A stretch of DNA of 64,000 nucleotides from an uncultured Thermoanaerobaculia bacterium (lineage in GTDB: Bacteria; Acidobacteriota; Thermoanaerobaculia; Gp7-AA8), in the NCBI GenBank assembly GCA_964558905.1, contig CAZLGP010000178.1, forward strand, positions 44,339-108,338, in the 5' to 3' direction. The translations under genes and the position numbers were made by a program. Each line of letters opens with the position of its first letter. Within the stretch, counting starts at the first letter, position 1. The notes under the pieces are model-generated. The model was given only the letters and a program-made list of their open reading frames with translations, did not search any database and was not told the DNA's origin. Positions 35,574 to 45,572 of this stretch are shown one piece after another.

Positions 35574-38084
35574 TCAGTGCGAGTGCGCCGCGCCGTGGTC
35601 TCCGATGCGCATGCCATAAAACGACCGGTGCACGAAGAACATCGCGATCAGGAGGAACACGCCCGACAGGACCAGCGTGAGCGTGCCCTGTCCGGCGTTG
35701 GTCATTTCCACCGCGAGCTCGACAGCCAAAAGGCCGAAAAGGGTCGTGAACTTGATGACCGGGTTCATCGCCACCGACGACGTGTCCTTGAACGGATCGC
35801 CGACGGTATCGCCGACGACGACGGCCGCGTGCAGCGGCGTTCCCTTGGCCTTCATCTCCGTCTCGACGATCTTTTTCGCGTTGTCCCACGCGCCGCCGGC
35901 GTTGGCCATGAAGATCGCCTGGTACAGACCGAACAGCGCGATCGAGATGAGGTAGCCGATGAAGAAGAACGGCTCGAAGCAGGCAAATGCGAGCGTCGAG
36001 AAGAACACCACCATGAAGATGTTGAGCATTCCCTTCTGCGCGTACTGGGTGCAGATCTCGACGACCCTTTTCGAGTCTTCGACCGACGCCTTCTCCGCGC
36101 CGATGTCCAGCTTGATGTTGGCCTTGATGAACTCGACCGCGCGATAGGCGCCGGTCGACACGGCCTGCGTGGCCGCGCCGGTGAACCAGTAGATCACCGC
36201 GCCGCCGACGACCAGCCCGAGGAGGAACTGCGGGTGGAGGATGGAGAGCTTCTCGACGTTGATCGTGAGGCCGCGGGTGAGCATGACGATGATCGCGAAG
36301 ATCATCGTCGTGGCGCCGACGACGGCCGTGCCGATGAGCACCGGCTTGGCGGTGGCCTTGAAGGTATTGCCCGCGCCGTCGTTCTCCTCGAGGTAGTCCT
36401 TGCCCTTGTCCCACGCGGGAGTGAAGCCGAAGTCGCGCTGGATCTCTTCATCGATGCCGGGAAGCGTCTCGATGGTCGAGAGCTCGTAGACCGACTGGGC
36501 GTTGTCCGTGACCGGTCCGTACGAGTCGACGGCGATCGTCACCGGACCCATGCCCAGGAAGCCGAACGCGACGAGACCGAAGGCGAAGATGGCCGGCGCG
36601 ATCATGAGCGCGCCGGCGTCGATGGGGAACCTTCCGGCGATCCAGGCCGCGATGCCCATGAGACCGGCGATCGCCAGCCCCATCCAGTACGCGGAGAAGT
36701 TGCCGGCGATGAAGCCAGCGAGGATGTTCAGGGACGCTCCACCTTCCCGTGACGCGGTGACGACCTCGCGCACGTGGCGCGACTCGGTCGAGGTGAACAC
36801 CTTCACGAGCTCGGGGATGATCGCGCCGGCGAGCGTGCCGCAGGTGATGATCGTGGAGAGCTTCCACCACATCGTGGTGTCGCCGCCGAGGCTCGGGATG
36901 AGCACGTACGAGACGGCGTAGGTGACGGCCACCGAGAGGATCGATGTGAGCCACACCAGCGACGTCAACGGAGCCTCGAAGTTCATCTTGTCCGCGGAGC
37001 CGAAGCGCGCCTTGGCGAACGCTTCGTTGATGAAGTACGAGACGGCCGAGGTGATGACCATCAGCACGCGCATGACGAAGATCCAGACCAGGAGCTGGAC
37101 CTGGACGGCCGGATCGGTGACCGCGAGGAGGATGAACGTGATCAGCGCGACGCCGGTGACGCCGTAGGTCTCGAAGCCATCGGCAGTCGGCCCGACGGAG
37201 TCGCCCGCGTTGTCGCCGACGCAGTCCGCGATGACGCCCGGGTTGCGGGCGTCGTCTTCCTTGATGTTGAAGACGATCTTCATCAGATCGCTGCCGATGT
37301 CGGCGATCTTCGTGAAGATGCCGCCGGCGATGCGCAGCGCGGCGGCACCGAGGGACTCGCCGATGGCGAAGCCGATGAAGACCGGGCCGGCGTAGTCACC
37401 CGGCACGAACAGCAGAATCGCCAGCATGATCAGCAGCTCGGTGGAGATGAGGAGCATGCCGATCGACATGCCCGCCTTGAGAGGGATCGAGTAGGTGGGG
37501 AAGGGTTTGCCCCTCAGCGATACGAATGCGGTGCGCGAGTTCGCAAAGGTGTTGATGCGGATGCCGAACCAGGCCACACCGTAGCTGCCGGCGATGCCGA
37601 CGAGCGACGCGATGAGGATGATCACCACGCGCACGGCGTCGAAGTGACGCAGCAGGCCGAAATAGACCACCATGATCGCGCCGATGAAAAGCTCGAGCAG
37701 GAGGATGAACTTGCCCTGGGTGATGAGGTAGGTCTTGCAGGTCTCGTAGATCAGCTCCGAGATCTCGCGCATCGAGCGATGCACGGGCAGCCTCTCGAGC
37801 TGCACATACATCATCAGGCCGAAGAGCAGGCCGAAGACGCAGACGATCAGACCGCCGAGCAGAAGGCGATCGCCGCCCATCCCGAGGAACTGCACGCTGC
37901 CGAGATCCGGCAGCACGAGGTTGGCCTCGGAACGGTGTTCCATCGGCTGGCCCGCGAGCGGCGAGCTTCCCGGCGCGACCGCGGGATCCGCGGACGGATA
38001 CGCCTCCTGCGCGACGGCGACGCCACCGAGCGCGACGATACTGATCAGCGCGACGAGCAGTACGCGCATGGTCGTGGACTTCAT
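35574..38084 (-). CDS. hppA: Membrane-bound pyrophosphatase, divergent long form (836 aa) with Lys at the K+-independence position
   Basis: GGAGG lies 5 nt upstream of ATG 38084. N-terminal signal-like extension. Motifs IADCVGDNAGDSVGPTADGFETY, AGNTFKATAKP (Lys where K+-dependent enzymes have Ala), [33 protein letters not shown]. Confidence 0.9.
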   Translation of the reverse strand: MKSTTMRVLLVALISIVALGGVAVAQEAYPSADPAVAPGSSPLAGQPMEHRSEANLVLPDLGSVQFLGMGGDRLLLGGLIVCVFGLLFGLMMYVQLERLPVHRSMREISELIYETCKTYLITQGKFILLLELFIGAIMVVYFGLLRHFDAVRVVIILIASLVGIAGSYGVAWFGIRINTFANSRTAFVSLRGKPFPTYSIPLKAGMSIGMLLISTELLIMLAILLFVPGDYAGPVFIGFAIGESLGAAALRIAGGIFTKIADIGSDLMKIVFNIKEDDARNPGVIADCVGDNAGDSVGPTADGFETYGVTGVALITFILLAVTDPAVQVQLLVWIFVMRVLMVITSAVSYFINEAFAKARFGSADKMNFEAPLTSLVWLTSILSVAVTYAVSYVLIPSLGGDTTMWWKLSTIITCGTLAGAIIPELVKVFTSTESRHVREVVTASREGGASLNILAGFIAGNFSAYWMGLAIAGLMGIAAWIAGRFPIDAGALMIAPAIFAFGLVAFGFLGMGPVTIAVDSYGPVTDNAQSVYELSTIETLPGIDEEIQRDFGFTPAWDKGKDYLEENDGAGNTFKATAKPVLIGTAVVGATTMIFAIIVMLTRGLTINVEKLSILHPQFLLGLVVGGAVIYWFTGAATQAVSTGAYRAVEFIKANIKLDIGAEKASVEDSKRVVEICTQYAQKGMLNIFMVVFFSTLAFACFEPFFFIGYLISIALFGLYQAIFMANAGGAWDNAKKIVETEMKAKGTPLHAAVVVGDTVGDPFKDTSSVAMNPVIKFTTLFGLLAVELAVEMTNAGQGTLTLVLSGVFLLIAMFFVHRSFYGMRIGDHGAAHSH

Positions 38085-38209
38085 TGATTCCTCCGAGAAT
38101 TGGATGAAGAGACCGGCCGGGAGGCCGAACAGGCGCGCCGCTTCCGTGGCTGCGGGCTCCCAGGGCGCGCGGATTGTAGCAGGAGCAGCAGTCTTCCAGC
38201 CGGTTCAAA

Positions 38210-38238
38210 TTGCGGTGCATGGCGCCGCTCGTTATGAT
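38210..38238 (+). promoter_or_regulatory. Candidate sigma-70-type promoter for the second pyrophosphatase gene
   Basis: TTGCGG (38210-38215), 17-nt spacer, TATGAT (38233-38238), about 70 nt upstream of ATG 38308. AGGAG RBS at 38294-38298. Confidence 0.35.
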
Positions 38239-38307
38239 GCGCGGCACCGAGACAAGACCTGACCGGAACCTCGGTCATCGGCGATCACTCTTCAGGAGCT
38301 CTGACGA

Positions 38308-40377
<2,070 letters not shown>

Positions 40378-40385
40378 GAAATTAA

Positions 40386-40475
40386 GAGTTAAGTAGGGTC
40401 AGACCCGGAAACTCTACTTAACTCTCCGCCGCCCACCCGTTAAGTAGAGTTTCCGGGTCTGACCCTACTTAACTC
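40386..40475. repeat. Family F element: perfect 37-bp inverted repeat with self-complementary arms
   Basis: gagttaagtagggtcagacccggaaactctacttaac (40386-40422) and its exact reverse complement (40439-40475). 16-nt spacer tctccgccgcccaccc. Each arm is itself a hairpin (gagttaagtag ... ctacttaactc). Lies between convergent stops at 40377 and 40474. Confidence 0.9.
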
Positions 40476-41835
40476 ACCGCTCCACGAGCTCCAGGTCCGC
40501 GGCGATGTCGAGCGTGAACTTTCCTCGACCCGCCGGCGTGATCTGGACGGCAGGGCATTTCTCGCGGAGGCGGTGCTTGAGCAGGATCAGCCGGCTCTCG
40601 AGGTTGTCCTTGACCTCGGGCAAGCCGAGTCCGCGATCCATGCGCAGCTCGCGATTCGTGAACGACGTGCGCCCCTCGCGCTTCCACTGGCCGAGGAGTT
40701 TCCAGAGGATCCGTCCGGGGACATTGCGCACGAGATACTGGTCGTCGAGGAACACGCAGTCGTCGTCGCGGTAGTAGGTGAGGGTATGGCGCGTGCGCGC
40801 CGGTGGCGGAGGGGTGAGGCGCAGTGGCGGAGGGGTGTCCGGCTCGACCGGCGCGGCGTCTTCCTCCGTCATCCGCTCGATGCCGAGCGCGATCTGATTT
40901 GCAATGACGCCGAGGTAGGCCTCATCCCATTCGCCGAAGGCCATGGGGTCGCGTGATTCCGCGGCGAGGACGCCGACGAGACGGTCCTCGATCACCAGCG
41001 GCAGGATCAGTGCGCTCTGCGCGTCGGGGAGTCCGGGAAGCGGAATCTCCGGAGGAACGATGCGCCCGCCGTCCGACATCACCGCACGCCGCACGGCGCG
41101 TCCGTAGCGCAGTCCCTCATCGAGTCCGCTGATGCGCAGCACGCGCCGCTCGCGCGCAACGGTGCCGATCAGGCCCTCGCCGATCGTCACCTCCGCGCCG
41201 ACGCCGCCTCCGTAGCCGCGGCAGGCGATGGTGATCAGCTTTTGCGCGGGCTCGTCGCTGAGCAGCACGATCGTATTGGACATGCCGAAAAAGACGTCGA
41301 GCGCGTCGAGCGTCGCCGCGAGTAGGGTCTCCAGATCGTCGGCGCGATTGATGCGGTCGGAGACGAGCTGCAGTCCGCGGATCTCCGTCCGCCGTCCCGA
41401 GGGAGAGACGGTCTCGTTCGGAACGTCGGTCTCGGTGAGAAACCCTTCGACCTTCTCCGCGTGCAGGACTTCGAAGACGTCGGAGGCGATGAGGCGGAAC
41501 ACGCCATCCATGCCCGTGTGCGAGGCGATGGCCTGGATGCGCAGCTTCATCGTGTCGAACAGCGGGCCGCTCTTCTCGGAGCGGAGGAACTTCAGGCGCA
41601 GCCGGTAGGCCTGCATCGTCAGGGGGTCGTAGATCTCGGCCATCGCGTGGGGGTTCTCCGCGAGATTGCGCCGGGTCTTGTTGAAGAACTGCTGCGAGAG
41701 CGCGACGTGCATGTCGTCGACGAGGTAGATATGGCTGACGTATGCGACGTTCGGCAGGCCGGTCGCGTCGGCCGACGCGAGGAGGCTGGGAATGACACCT
41801 TGAAAACAGCGGAAGATCGCGGAGAGCTTCATCAT
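40474..41835 (-). CDS. PNPOx-like split-barrel domain, GAF domain and an uncharacterised C-terminal domain
   Basis: From ATG 41835 (overlaps the upstream TGA). N-terminal GVIPSLLASADATGLPNVAYVSHIYLVDDMHVALSQQFFNKTRRNLAENPHA (PNPOx-like). Central GAF: LLSDEPAQKLITIACRGYGGGVGAEVTIGEGLIGTVARERRVLRI...LILPLVIEDRLVGVLAAES. The C-terminal ~110 aa are unassigned. Confidence 0.65.
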   Translation of the reverse strand: MMKLSAIFRCFQGVIPSLLASADATGLPNVAYVSHIYLVDDMHVALSQQFFNKTRRNLAENPHAMAEIYDPLTMQAYRLRLKFLRSEKSGPLFDTMKLRIQAIASHTGMDGVFRLIASDVFEVLHAEKVEGFLTETDVPNETVSPSGRRTEIRGLQLVSDRINRADDLETLLAATLDALDVFFGMSNTIVLLSDEPAQKLITIACRGYGGGVGAEVTIGEGLIGTVARERRVLRISGLDEGLRYGRAVRRAVMSDGGRIVPPEIPLPGLPDAQSALILPLVIEDRLVGVLAAESRDPMAFGEWDEAYLGVIANQIALGIERMTEEDAAPVEPDTPPPLRLTPPPPARTRHTLTYYRDDDCVFLDDQYLVRNVPGRILWKLLGQWKREGRTSFTNRELRMDRGLGLPEVKDNLESRLILLKHRLREKCPAVQITPAGRGKFTLDIAADLELVER

Positions 41836-42293
41836 ACGAGGGGCGATCCTGCCTTCGGCCCGGGAGTCTGATCGAAGACCTGCTCGACGGAGACCTCGAT
41901 GGCGAACGCCGGCCAGTGTGCCATCCGGTGGGTCACGCGGCGCGGGAGTCCGAGCTCGGCCAGAACGGCCGCGAACTGGTGAAGGCGCATGCGCACGAAC
42001 GCTTCTTCGGCCGGCGGCGCGAGTTTCACGCCACGGCTCACGCCTTTGATCTGCACGGAGACGTGCGACAGCGGCTCCGTGCACGCGATCGCGACGCGCC
42101 GGGTGGTGGCGACGTTCGCGATCGTCTCCTGTCCCGTCGCCGCCGGAACGTACACCGTGACGGTCTCGAAGTCGTCCTTCGTAGTGAGGGCGATGGCTCG
42201 GCAGCAGGTCGGGACCTTGTCCGCGTCGACCGTCCCGACGAAGACGGAGATCCCTCCCTCGACGAACCTCTGCAACTGATGGTCGGTAGTCAT
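41832..42293 (-). CDS. Pyridoxamine 5'-phosphate oxidase-like (split-barrel flavin-binding) family protein
   Basis: GGISVFVGTVDADKVPTCCRAIALTTKDDFETVTVYVPAATGQETIANVATTRRVAIACTEPLSHVSVQIKG fits the PNPOx-like fold pattern. Translationally coupled to the GAF gene. Confidence 0.6.
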   Translation of the reverse strand: MTTDHQLQRFVEGGISVFVGTVDADKVPTCCRAIALTTKDDFETVTVYVPAATGQETIANVATTRRVAIACTEPLSHVSVQIKGVSRGVKLAPPAEEAFVRMRLHQFAAVLAELGLPRRVTHRMAHWPAFAIEVSVEQVFDQTPGPKAGSPLV

Positions 42294-42497
42294 GAGCGCC
42301 GGTGATTTTAGGATCTTTTCGCGACGCTGGTGCCGGGAGAGGTTGCGAGCTCCCCGTAGCGAGTTGCGACGACCGTCGCGCGTCGCACCGGTTTTCTCAT
42401 CGACGGGCGGAGGCGCGATCGTAGTGCGATTTTGCGTGGAAGTTATTGTTATGATGCTTTCCGGTCACGTCGCGATTTCATGGTTGGAGAGTCCTCA

Positions 42498-43571
42498 ATG
42501 TTTGTCGTCATCGCCGCCCTCGTCATCGAATCGTTGCAGCCGTTGCGCACTGTGGAGGTTCCACGGCATGAGGAGGCCCTCGGCGTGTTCCGATATGCCC
42601 GCGATGCCCAATACGAGTACCTCGGCACGCCGCGCGGTCTTCATCGCACGGACCGCATCGCCATCGGAACGCTCGAGATGATCGCGGAGCAACCGGTGTC
42701 CGCTCTCGCGGCTGAAGCGAACGTCCTGTATGTGAGCTTTGGTCTGACGAACGAGTCTCATGCCAGCGGCCACACGCTGCACCGCTCCGAGGATCACGGC
42801 GCCAGTTTCACGCCGATCGATGCCGGGTTGCTCGACTGCTCGCTCCTGCCCTGGGGTGAGCCATGCCGCTATCTCGTGTCCCGTCAGATCGAGATCGCGC
42901 CGGGACGATTGTTCGTGGAGGCGGGCGGAAACATCCTGGTCAGCGGTGACGACGGCGCGAGCTGGACGCGCCTGATGGGCGTTTCATCGGACGGAAAGCC
43001 GGCCGCGCAAACGTGTCCGATCGTCTTCACGCGGATCGGAACGCGCATGCTCACCGGCGGGGAGTGTCCGCTCGACTTCGGGTGGATCGGAGAAGGAACG
43101 CTTCGCGACGATCTCCTCGGATGGGTTGCGGAGCCCGAGCGATTCGATCTGCCGCTCGAGAACCGGAACGTGCACTTCATCCGACACGTGGGGAACGGCG
43201 TCGTCTACGCGAGCCCCGAGGGGGCGTTGCTCGAGAGTACCGACGGCGGAACGACCTGGCGGTTCGTCCTTCACCACCCGCTCGAAGGCGGCGAGCGCTA
43301 TCCGTACGCCTACCATTTTCTCGTCACGCCGCGGCTGATGGTCCTCGGCGGATTCGACAAGAAGAACGACGTCGGTTATCTCTCGTATTCGAACGACGGC
43401 GGAGAGACATGGATCGACGCCTCGCACCTCGTCGGCAACGCCCACGTGGAATTGCTGGCGGAAGATGTGGACGGGCGCCTGCTCCTCGGGATGTATGAGG
43501 GAGACACGTTCACGCTCGCGGAGCTCGTCGTGCGCGAGCGTCCTTCGCGGCGGCGCGCGGTACGTCGGTGA
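42498..43571 (+). CDS. BNR/Asp-box repeat beta-propeller protein (sialidase-like / Ycf48-like fold)
   Basis: GGAGAG lies 6 nt upstream of ATG 42498. Asp-box repeats SGDDGASWTRL, STDGGTTWRFV, SNDGGETWIDA and SEDHGASFTPI. Confidence 0.7.
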   Translation: MFVVIAALVIESLQPLRTVEVPRHEEALGVFRYARDAQYEYLGTPRGLHRTDRIAIGTLEMIAEQPVSALAAEANVLYVSFGLTNESHASGHTLHRSEDHGASFTPIDAGLLDCSLLPWGEPCRYLVSRQIEIAPGRLFVEAGGNILVSGDDGASWTRLMGVSSDGKPAAQTCPIVFTRIGTRMLTGGECPLDFGWIGEGTLRDDLLGWVAEPERFDLPLENRNVHFIRHVGNGVVYASPEGALLESTDGGTTWRFVLHHPLEGGERYPYAYHFLVTPRLMVLGGFDKKNDVGYLSYSNDGGETWIDASHLVGNAHVELLAEDVDGRLLLGMYEGDTFTLAELVVRERPSRRRAVRR

Positions 43572-43608
43572 AGGCGTGGCGGGAAGCCCCGCCCAGCGCG
43601 CGCGAGAC

Positions 43609-43696
43609 GCGTGCGCGTCAGCCGCCGGGACGGCGGCGGTCGGGAGAGTCGGCCCGTTCCAGCGGACCGCCGACGTCGCGCCGGCTGACGCCCGGG
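43609..43696. repeat. Hairpin repeat, family H copy 2 (expanded interior)
   Basis: gcgtgcgcgtcagccgcc (43609-43626) is identical to 7003-7020. cgtcagccg pairs with cggctgacg (43682-43690), followed by cccggg as in copy 1. Confidence 0.7.
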
Positions 43697-43765
43697 CGTC
43701 CCGCCCGCGCCCTGGAGTTTTGGACATTTCGGGGTGCCGCGGGCAGATCGTCCCGAAGGGACTTC

Positions 43766-43936
43766 AGAGGGTAGCCGGTGGCAAGCGCAAAAGCGCCGCC
43801 ACCGGAAGAAGACGGCATGCAGGAAGTCCGCCCCGGAGGGGCGGAAGAGGTTCTCTGCCGCCCCTCCGGGGCGGATCATTCGCGGACGCGCCGTTTCCGG
43901 TGGCGGCGCATTCGCGCTCGCCACCGGCTACCCTCT
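43766..43936. repeat. 171-bp nested palindrome (40-nt outer arms, perfect 17-bp inner inverted repeat)
   Basis: Outer arms: agagggtagccggtggcaagcgcaaaagcgccgccaccgg (43766-43805) and ccggtggcggcgcattcgcgctcgccaccggctaccctct (43897-43936), with about 4 mismatches. Each arm also self-pairs (ccggtggc...gccaccgg). Inner repeat: ccgccccggaggggcgg (43828-43844) and ccgcccctccggggcgg (43858-43874). Confidence 0.85.
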
Positions 43937-44092
43937 TTACGCGCCTCCGGCGCAGCTGCCCGAGGATAAAGTTAACGCCATTGCGGCTGAAAAGCCGGGG
44001 CTATTTCCTCATGCCCGCTACGCGGGCGTTTGGGCAACAGACCCTGAAGCGGGCCCGCGTAGCGGGCCCGCCCGCGCCCTTGAAGTCAACGA

Positions 44093-44755
44093 CTACGGGC
44101 CGGCCTGCTGCGGCGCGCGGATGTGAATCTCGACGCGGCGGTTGAGCTGGCGTCCCTCGGCGGTGTCGTTCGACCCCTTCGGGTCCGTCTCCCCATAGCC
44201 GTAGACGACCACGTTCCGCGAGGCGACGCCGCGGTCGATCAGGTAGTCGGCGACATTCGCGGCGCGTTGCTCGGAGAGCCGCTGGTTGTACGCGTCCGAA
44301 CCGGTCGAGTCCGTGTGACCCTCGACGATGATGTGATTGTCGGGGTACTGAGCGAAGTTCGTTGCCAGCTCGGTCAGGGTCGTGCGCGAAGCGGAACGCA
44401 GCGCGGCGGAGTCATAGTCGAAGAGGATGTCGCTCGTGAGGCGCACCTCGATCTCGCCCTCGGACGGGCGACTCACTTCGACTCCTTCGATCTGCCGGAG
44501 CTCTGCCTCCTGCTTGTCCATGCGGCGTCCGACGACCGCGCCCACCGCGGCGCCTGTCGCCGCGCCGACGACCGCGCCGGTGCGCTTGTTGCCGCTCTGA
44601 TTGCCGATCACCGCCCCGGCGACGCCGCCGACGACCGCGCCGATCACGGCGCCGCGTTTGGTCTTGCGATTCGGGTCGGTGCCCGTGTCATCCGTCGTCG
44701 CGCAGGCGAAGGCGAAGACGGCGATGAGGATGAAAACGAAACTTCTCTTCAACAT
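44093..44755 (-). CDS. OmpA family lipoprotein with glycine-zipper segment
   Basis: From ATG 44755 (GGAGG upstream): MLKRSFVFILIAVFAFACA (lipobox). GAVIGAVVGGVAGAVIGN glycine zipper. OmpA-C motifs FDYDSAALR, VEGHTDSTGSDAYNQRLSEQRA, NRRVEI. Confidence 0.85.
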   Translation of the reverse strand: MLKRSFVFILIAVFAFACATTDDTGTDPNRKTKRGAVIGAVVGGVAGAVIGNQSGNKRTGAVVGAATGAAVGAVVGRRMDKQEAELRQIEGVEVSRPSEGEIEVRLTSDILFDYDSAALRSASRTTLTELATNFAQYPDNHIIVEGHTDSTGSDAYNQRLSEQRAANVADYLIDRGVASRNVVVYGYGETDPKGSNDTAEGRQLNRRVEIHIRAPQQAGP

Positions 44756-44769
44756 TTGACCTCCCAGCC

Positions 44770-44796
44770 AAAAAAAGACGCTCGTTGCCGAGCGTC
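44770..44796 (-). terminator. Canonical Rho-independent terminator after the upstream OmpA paralog
   Basis: Minus strand reads gacgctcg gcaa cgagcgtc ttttttt: 8-bp GC-rich stem, 4-nt loop, 7-U tract. Confidence 0.8.
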
Positions 44797-44831
44797 GTTT
44801 GTGAATTGCACCATTGATACCGGATTGGTCC

Positions 44832-45491
44832 TCAGGCGTTGTTCGCCCTGACGTAGAGCTCCACGCGGCGATTCTGCTGTCGGCCGCTGGCGGTACCGTT
44901 CGACGACTTCGGCTTGGATTCCCCGTAGCCGTAAGCGTCGAGCCGCGAGCCTCGGACGCCGAGGTCTTCCAGGTAGCTCGAGACGACGCTGGCGCGACGC
45001 TCGGATAGACGCTGATTGTAGGCCGCGGAACCGGTCGAGTCGGTGTGCCCCGCGACAACGATGGTGGTGTCGTTGTAGCGGTTGAACACTCCGGCCATTT
45101 CGCGCAGCTCGTCACGCGAGCTCGAGCGGAGGCCGGCCGAGTCGAAATCGAACAGGATCTCGTTGCGAACCGTCACCTTCAGCTCGTCTTCACCCGTGCG
45201 GGTGACGTCGAGGCCTTCGATCTGACGAAGCTCGCGCTCCTGCCTGTCCATCATGGCGCCGACGATCGCGCCGGTGGCCGCGCCGACCGCGGTCCCGACG
45301 ACCGCGCCGCGCTTCGCGCTCCCTTTACCGCCGAGGCGCTTGTTGTTTCCGATGATCGTTCCGGCGATTGCCCCGGCGACACCGCCGATGATGGCGCCCT
45401 TTCGGGTTTTGTCGCGCTCCGTGGCGACGTCCGCGAGGGCCGCCGGCATGATCAGAACCGCGACGAGCATGGTGGCGATGAGGTGTTTCAT
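44832..45491 (-). CDS. OmpA family protein with glycine-zipper segment (paralog of the downstream gene)
   Basis: Signal peptide MKHLIATMLVAVLIMPAALA. GAIIGGVAGAIAGTIIGN. FDFDSAGLR, VAGHTDSTGSAAYNQRLSERRA, NRRVELY. Confidence 0.85.
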   Translation of the reverse strand: MKHLIATMLVAVLIMPAALADVATERDKTRKGAIIGGVAGAIAGTIIGNNKRLGGKGSAKRGAVVGTAVGAATGAIVGAMMDRQERELRQIEGLDVTRTGEDELKVTVRNEILFDFDSAGLRSSSRDELREMAGVFNRYNDTTIVVAGHTDSTGSAAYNQRLSERRASVVSSYLEDLGVRGSRLDAYGYGESKPKSSNGTASGRQQNRRVELYVRANNA

Positions 45492-45572
45492 TTGCTGTCT
45501 CCTTGTCTTACCTGCCGGCCCCTCATCGCAACGGACCTGCCACAGCGCGAATAACTATGGCAGGAAAGCGCG

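Noticed and set aside
43465-44145. ORFs in the 520-bp gap (43465..44145, 43376..43924, 43734..44126 and others) as possible genes.
   Set aside because: They are Arg/Gly/Pro-rich, and the same peptide (GGAFALATGYPL) appears on both strands because of the palindrome. They lack RBS and start context.
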